From NCBI GenBank assembly GCA_030704615.1, contig CM060731.1:82956001-83020000 (forward strand): a DNA stretch of 64,000 bases, given 5' to 3'. This document shows positions 57,782-64,000 of this stretch, piece after piece; the first letter of the stretch is position 1, and the number at the start of each line of letters is the position of its first letter. The notes below the pieces were generated by a model that saw only the letters and a list, made by a program, of their open reading frames with translations, had not been told where the DNA came from and did no database searches. The DNA is from Takakia lepidozioides (taxonomy: Eukaryota; Plantae; Bryophyta). Both the position numbers and the translations under genes were made by a program.

Positions 57782-60700
57782 ATGGCAGATATGGCCCCTC
57801 CCTCAGACCAATCATCTTTGTCTGGAAACTTGAAGGGACTTAGTGGATCAGGCTACATGCAAAGTTCTCCCAAGAGTGGAGTGTTGTCGCCCTCTCGATT
57901 GCCAGTCATCTCTCCCAGCAGTAACTCAATGCCCTCGTACTGCACCTCCCTGGTCTCTGAGGGACAGACATCCCTTTATGCAAGGACTCATGGAAACAGC
58001 CCTTCCTACCAAACGGCTGGGTCACCTTCGGGCTGGGAGCCTTCAAATATGCATGGTCTTGAGAATTCCATGCAAGGGGCCAGTGGAGCGTCAATTGAGC
58101 ATTCACTTTCTTCTCTCCACAACTCTGACTGCAACATCAACAGAGGGAGTATCTCTAAGAATCCAGTCTCTTCTCCAGAATTGCTTGGTTCTGCAATGGC
58201 GAGTGGAGAATGGCAACAGATCATGGACTCCAACATGCACTTTTCACACCCCATGGTCTCCTTGCTCACCACATCAGGCAACCCTGTCTCATATCCAGGC
58301 AACCGGGGGGGGATGCTAGAAGGGTCCATAATGCAGGAGATTACTGGGAGGTTGGGTGGCAACCTTTCCGGCAAAGGTGTGCCTCCTCTGGGATTGTCCC
58401 ATGCAGCAGGGCGTCAGCGTCTTGCCTCGGGGCACCCGATGGAGAAGCCTCCAACAACGGGGAATAGTTGGAGCGCCATGAATGCAGCTAGCAATCTTGG
58501 CCTCACTATGGACTCTTCAAAAGGCCTTGCCACGTCCCACTGCCTGGCGCAATTCTCGTCAGATCCAGGATTTGCTGAACGAGCAGCAAAATTTTCATCC
58601 TTTAGCAATGGCAATTACTCCCAGCTGTCACATCCTTTGACTGAGGGGGGAAAGTCACGCACAGTATCTGGAGCACCCCAGCCAGCGGACAATGATGGCA
58701 ATCAGTCTAAGTCTTCCAGCTGTTCCCGGCTTGTAATTCTTGGGGCTAGTACTGGGGCTGCGGGAGTCTCCACTGGGAAAAAGGCAAAGACCGCGGAGGA
58801 TACAAATGACAATGACGGGAGGGAGGGTGATGACCCTAAACCTGACGGATCAGCAAACTTTCAATCTTTGGAAGCCATTGAGGGAGCAATAGATACTGGT
58901 GTGGTTACGAAGGAGTATGATGAAACGAAGGAATGTGATATAGCGGATGGCCTAGACACTTCATCTTGTCATGAGCAAGTTGACGGAGCTGGGAGTACTC
59001 AGGGTGCACAGAGTGGGATTGTATGTCTCGGGAAGCGGAAGATCTCACCTGAGGAGAAAGGCAAGGATACCTCCAGTACTGTAGCTTCCCCTGTTGCAAC
59101 AGATGGAAAGGTATTCGCTTCATCCTGGGCAAGAATCTCCTGAAACTTGATAGTGTGGTTCATTTTGCAGTTGCTGATGCAAGGCTTGCTCAAAGTTGCT
59201 GCCCCTCCGGTCTCCCCCTATTTTTTCTCCCACCTTTTCTCTATCCTTCATTCGTGTTGCTTGATGGAATTTTTCTTGTTTCCCTTGCATTCCTTTGGCC
59301 TTGCGTCCAATTTCAGAGGTCCTCTGTGGAGGGACTGCTAGGTGGTAGACTTCTGACTCTTGAATCTGAAATGCCTTCTGAGGTTGGCCATTTCTTGTAA
59401 TGCAGGTTTTGGAAAGTGATGAGGCAAAAACAAAACGCCACAAGGGTGGGGAAGGCAGCAAGGAGAGAGAGGATGTGAAGCCTAAGGCAGACAGGACCTT
59501 CAGTGAAAATTCAGGAGACTCCAGCCCCAGGTCGATGAAAGAGAGCCCTAAGCCACAGGAGCCACCTAAGCAAGACTATATTCATGTGCGTGCAAGAAGG
59601 GGGCAAGCGACCGACAGTCATAGCCTTGCTGAGAGGGTAACGTATATTCAATAGCAAAACTCACTTCCTGATGGTTACTTTGTCCTGAAGGCTATTCCGC
59701 CCAGTACGTATCCTGCAGACTGCAAGTTCACGATTTTAGGCAGGTGTTGATGGAGGCAATTTGAAGATTCTTCAATCATCTATGTCCACATTTTTTCCCT
59801 GTTTCCTTTCTTTCATCTACCTCGTGAGTCTGCATCAGTTTTAGCTCATTTCCGTGTGCATATATGTATTGATTAGAATGTAGTGGGTCTTCTAAACTGG
59901 TTGTTGGATGTGCTGGTGGCTGCCAGGTTCGCAGGGAAAAAATAAGTGAACGCATGAAGTTTTTGCAAGATCTTGTGCCAGGCTGTAGCAAGGTGCATAT
60001 CTAACAGACAAGATCTAGGACTGAGTTGATGGTTTGATGTCTGCCTCAGTTTCCCTCATCTTCTTCCTTGCATCTTGACAATGTAGATATGTTGCAGGTT
60101 AACTGAGCACCAGTACTGAGCCTTTTTTGGTAACTGAACTATCTGCAGGTTACAGGGAAGGCTGTGATGCTGGATGAGATAATTAACTATGTTCAATCTC
60201 TTCAACGTCAAGTGGAGGTACATTTATCTCACTGCTCCTGCCACTTGGTTTCCATAACAATCTGCATATGTACTTTGTGCCTGTTGCTGGTTGACAAGGA
60301 TCTGCAGCAAACAGCTCTCTACAAGAAGCCGGGAACAGTGATCGGTTTACTTGGACAGAATAATCAAAGAATACTACCCTTACCTTAGACTTATCATTTG
60401 CTGGTTCTATGCAGTTACTGTCCATGAAGCTGGCAGCTGTGAATCCACAAGTGGACATCAACTTGGACAATTTTCTCACCAAAGAGGTGTGAAAGCATTC
60501 AATCTTATAATTGTTGCCCTGTTGAGTGGTGGTGGTTATAGGACTGGGAACAAGAGTGGCTTTTGTCAAGCCAATATAATTCACTGTTGAAATTGTACGT
60601 GAAAAATACACTTCAAGGGAGACGAGTTTCATTGCCTGATTGTCTTTTATGTGCAGATGGTACAGTTGCACTCGTCGCTACCTGCAATGTCAATGGTCCC

Positions 60701-61579
60701 AGAGATACCCTATGGGCAACTTCAAGCACAACGACAACTGCCATTGCAATTGGGTGGGCCTTGTGGCGTGGATTTCAGTTCTCTTGAGATTTCATCTGAA
60801 GCAAAGCTAAGACGAAGCATCAGTGCCCCAGTTACTGCTCCAATGACCTGTCTGGATGCTCTCAGAGATACTATCTCTCAGGTATTTGAACAAGTTGCAA
60901 TGTCATGAGAGAGAGAGGGAGCCCTAGTAGTGATCACTGAGCACTTTCACCTAGCCTGAGATGGATGTGGATTCATTTTGAGGCAGATATGGCTATTCTC
61001 CTGTTATTACACTGTTCTCCAGTACTATCATCCGATACATACATGCTGCTATAAACACATTCATCTTAAATATATGCCACATGCATGTACATTGTAATGC
61101 ACCTACACTGCATTTCATAACTTAAGAGTAATGCTGCGATGTGAGTTTGTGCAGACATCAAGCTTATGGGATGGTGAGCTCCAAAGTATAGTCCAGATGG
61201 GCTTTGCTCAAGGCACGCCATTATCCTTGACATCACAAGGACTACATGGTGCGTTCAGCGCGACCACTTGCTTCCTTGTCACTGAATAGTTCGTGGAATT
61301 TATATCTGGTGTTGAATAGAGAGGGGCCTTCTTCACCTTCCCCAATACTGCACAAGCACGAATACGCATAAATGCAGCTGTGTCCCATCAATGCAGTAAG
61401 ATTGTGAGGTTGCTGGAGTCTTTGTCAGACAAACCATTCAATTGTTGCCTGGATTGCTCAATCCCCCCAGTTATCATTTTGTCTGCTTTGAGGCGTGTTT
61501 TGCTGGAGTATCCCTGATGATGAAGCCTGCTGTGGACACAGGTCAATTGCCAGGGGGCCACATGAAGGTGGAGCTATGA
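57782..61579 (+). CDS. bHLH transcription factor, subfamily XII (CIB/BPE/bHLH49-62-78-like), about 707 aa; exons 57782-59110, 59406-59636, 59927-59992, 60149-60217, 60415-60486, 60657-60881, 61155-61248, 61542-61579
   Basis: [15 protein letters not shown]; [21 protein letters not shown]|[22 protein letters not shown]|[23 protein letters not shown]|[11 protein letters not shown]; [13 protein letters not shown]; HMKVEL*. All introns are GT-AG and the frame is maintained. Confidence 0.95.
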
Positions 61580-62779
61580 AGGAACTACGAATGTTGGTTT
61601 TGAGCATTGTACCTTGTACTTCCATGGTTCCTTCTCCAAAGTCTGCTCTCAAGTCGTCTTGTCTTCATACCACAGTTGAACTACTTGATCCTTGAAAATA
61701 TGGCATGTGGTTCCTTGCCAAATGTCATTGTTTAGTTCACATAAGACGGCAGGGATCGATGTTCTGGAGCCATGTTGAATCATCAACAGACAAACATGGA
61801 CACAAAGAAAGCTGCTGCTATGAATTACAAATACCAGGTGCCAAAGGGCGCACACAGATTACTGAGTGAGTATAACATGCGGAGGAGATAATATGAAGGG
61901 GGATCCAATGAAGGGGGAAACAAATCGTGCTGCCATTGCGACCCTATGAGTGGGTTCCATAGTGGCGTGTTTTTTTTCAGAGGTTATGGGTGGTGTTAGT
62001 TTCTTAAGAGGAAGAGTTGCAATCACAAGTAGCATTGTGAAACTTGCCAGAGTGTTTGATAGTGTCCGATTACTTAGTCATGAGAAATTTGGTAAATGCA
62101 CGCCATACAGTGGAGTTACCTACTAGTATTTGGTGTATGGGTTGGCCTCATCAACTGTTATGTATTACTATTTGCTACAGCTCTTTAAGACGCATGACAA
62201 GAGAGGAAAACAGGCTAGGGATGTGTTTGAAAGGCTTATATGTATACAAGTTTGCTACTCACTTTCACTAAACATTTGAGGTGCAAATTTCCACTTTCAC
62301 CTTTCATGAACTCCTGGATTTTTGTTTGTCTCTCTACTACTATGCCATTAGGTCATTCTCTGTGCATGTCAAACTGAATATGGAGGCATGCAGAGTCGGA
62401 ATGTGAAGAGGTAACAAATAACAGAAGCGCATCGGAATGTTCTAAGAGATTTGTGCAGAAACATTGAAAGGCCAGAATCAGTTGACCACACTTCTCCGCA
62501 TACTGCTCGGTGGATTAAACACAAGACTCACCAAAAAGGTTGTCTCACATCACAATGCTATGGCAAGCAAAGTCTTAGGAGTACATTCTCTCTCTTCTCC
62601 CCCACCTTCCATGCTCCATCCAAATCTGGCCTACCATAATCCCCAATCACTACAGGCAATCCAAGTCTAATAGCTGCATTGTGCTGCCATGGACTGGTTT
62701 GCTTGTAATGAATCAAATAGAGCTTGTTACTTCCAGATGGAGGGTTTGGTTTTCTGAGTGCTTACATGCATCCACTACC

Positions 62780-62897
62780 GTACACATCTAGTGACAAGGA
62801 ATTGACATCTGGGCAGGTTTAAAAACTTGGACATCCTTGTACACATCTAGTGATAGGGAATTGACATGTGGGCAGGTTTAAAAACTTGGACATCCTT
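62780..62897. repeat. Tandem duplication, 2 x 59 bp
   Basis: GTACACATCTAGTGA...AAAAACTTGGACATCCTT occurs twice. Confidence 0.9.
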
Positions 62898-63092
62898 CTT
62901 CCAACCCAAAAAGTGGCTGCCAGCCACCTCTGCACACTGTCAGGTGTTCTCATAAATGACTGGAAGCAAAAGGCCAAAAGAAAGCCTGCTGGAAGAGGAC
63001 TGATACTCACCTCTATTGTGCACTGTCACTATGACGAGTGTATGAATGGATTTCAGTGTCCACAAGACTGACAAGAATCATACTTGTCTCTC

Positions 63093-63231
63093 AGCCTAGT
63101 AACTGTGCACCCTACTGAGCCCACTAGGAGTCGGGTGCATGTACCATTTGCTTTGCTCTAAGCCTAGTAACTGTGCATCACCCTACTGAGCCCACTAGGA
63201 GTCGAGTGAATGTACCATTCGCTTTGCTCTA
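63093..63231. repeat. Tandem duplication, 2 x ~68 bp
   Basis: AGCCTAGTAACTGTGCA...GCTTTGCTCTA occurs twice. Confidence 0.9.
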
Positions 63232-64000
63232 TGCACTTCAGTCGTGGCTAACAGTCTTGAATGGTCTTTTTCAATCGCCCCGCTCCTTTCTTCTTGAGAG
63301 CTCTGCAATCAAAAGATGCAATCAGTCGATGATTGCCGAGAACTAATTTCTCAAAACTTTTGCAACCTAATAGGAACATGTGCCATGTAATATGATCAGT
63401 GATTCTTCTGAGGTAGAATCACTAGTGCTCAGTAACTCACCGTATTTTTGCCTCATAGAAACGCAATTTCTCTAGTAATAATCGCACAGTCTCATCAGCT
63501 TCAAACTCCCTTGCGGCTTCTTCTTCAGTGTCTGTTTCCTGTGAGAAGTTTTGAGACATCTCTAAATTCTTATTGAGTGTTCGAATCAATCTTGGAGGAG
63601 GGAAGTTGGTTTGTGAAACAAGGGTGGGACTTGCTTTGGGATCTAGGCTTGCCTTTGTAAAACCCCTTCCTCCGGAAGAAACACGAGGGTAAGTCCATTA
63701 GAAATGAGTGCGGAAGACAAGATTTGCCCTATCAAGGAGCAATATGTGAATGGCAGTAAACTACATCCGAAAATCTCTATTGTCTGGCCTCTCCTGCCCT
63801 CTGTGTGGTCTTCTAGTGCTGACATTGTGTCAATTATGGCCACACCAAACGTATGAGATACAGTTGAAGCATTGGATCTCACAGTGATATCATGATAGCC
63901 TGTGAATCGACACTAAATTCTCTATAGTTGAACTGTCGTCAGCCGGTATGGCCAGTATGTCTATTACAGGTTGGGTGTAATAACCGGATGGGTTAAAATG

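Overview
Eukaryotic land-plant nuclear DNA, probably from a non-seed plant (inferred from the TE types and PLS/DYW-PPR remnants). There are no prokaryotic features. 1-27.2 kb is a rearranged nest of one non-chromovirus Ty3/gypsy family (family A). It has a 3-knuckle Gag, CACAG-based minisatellites in the LTR and after pol, and a very large extra sense ORF between pol and the 3' LTR. This nest is interleaved with a putative Sola2-like transposase remnant and a Mutator-type DDE transposase gene carrying a GCM-like N-terminal zinc module and a C-terminal SWIM finger. 29.5-37.0 kb is a full-length but decayed gypsy element (family B) with a dUTPase-like domain between protease and RT. 37.9-42.7 kb is a near full-length APE-RT-CCHC LINE bounded by (AG)n. 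27.6-53.5 kb also holds orphan host-gene fragments (pectin methylesterase, PPR, DYW, IMP4, EPCR-like), a hAT MITE and CACTA-like ends. The only intact host gene is an 8-exon subfamily XII (CIB/BPE-like) bHLH at 57782-61579. All family assignments come from motif recognition by eye, not from database searches.
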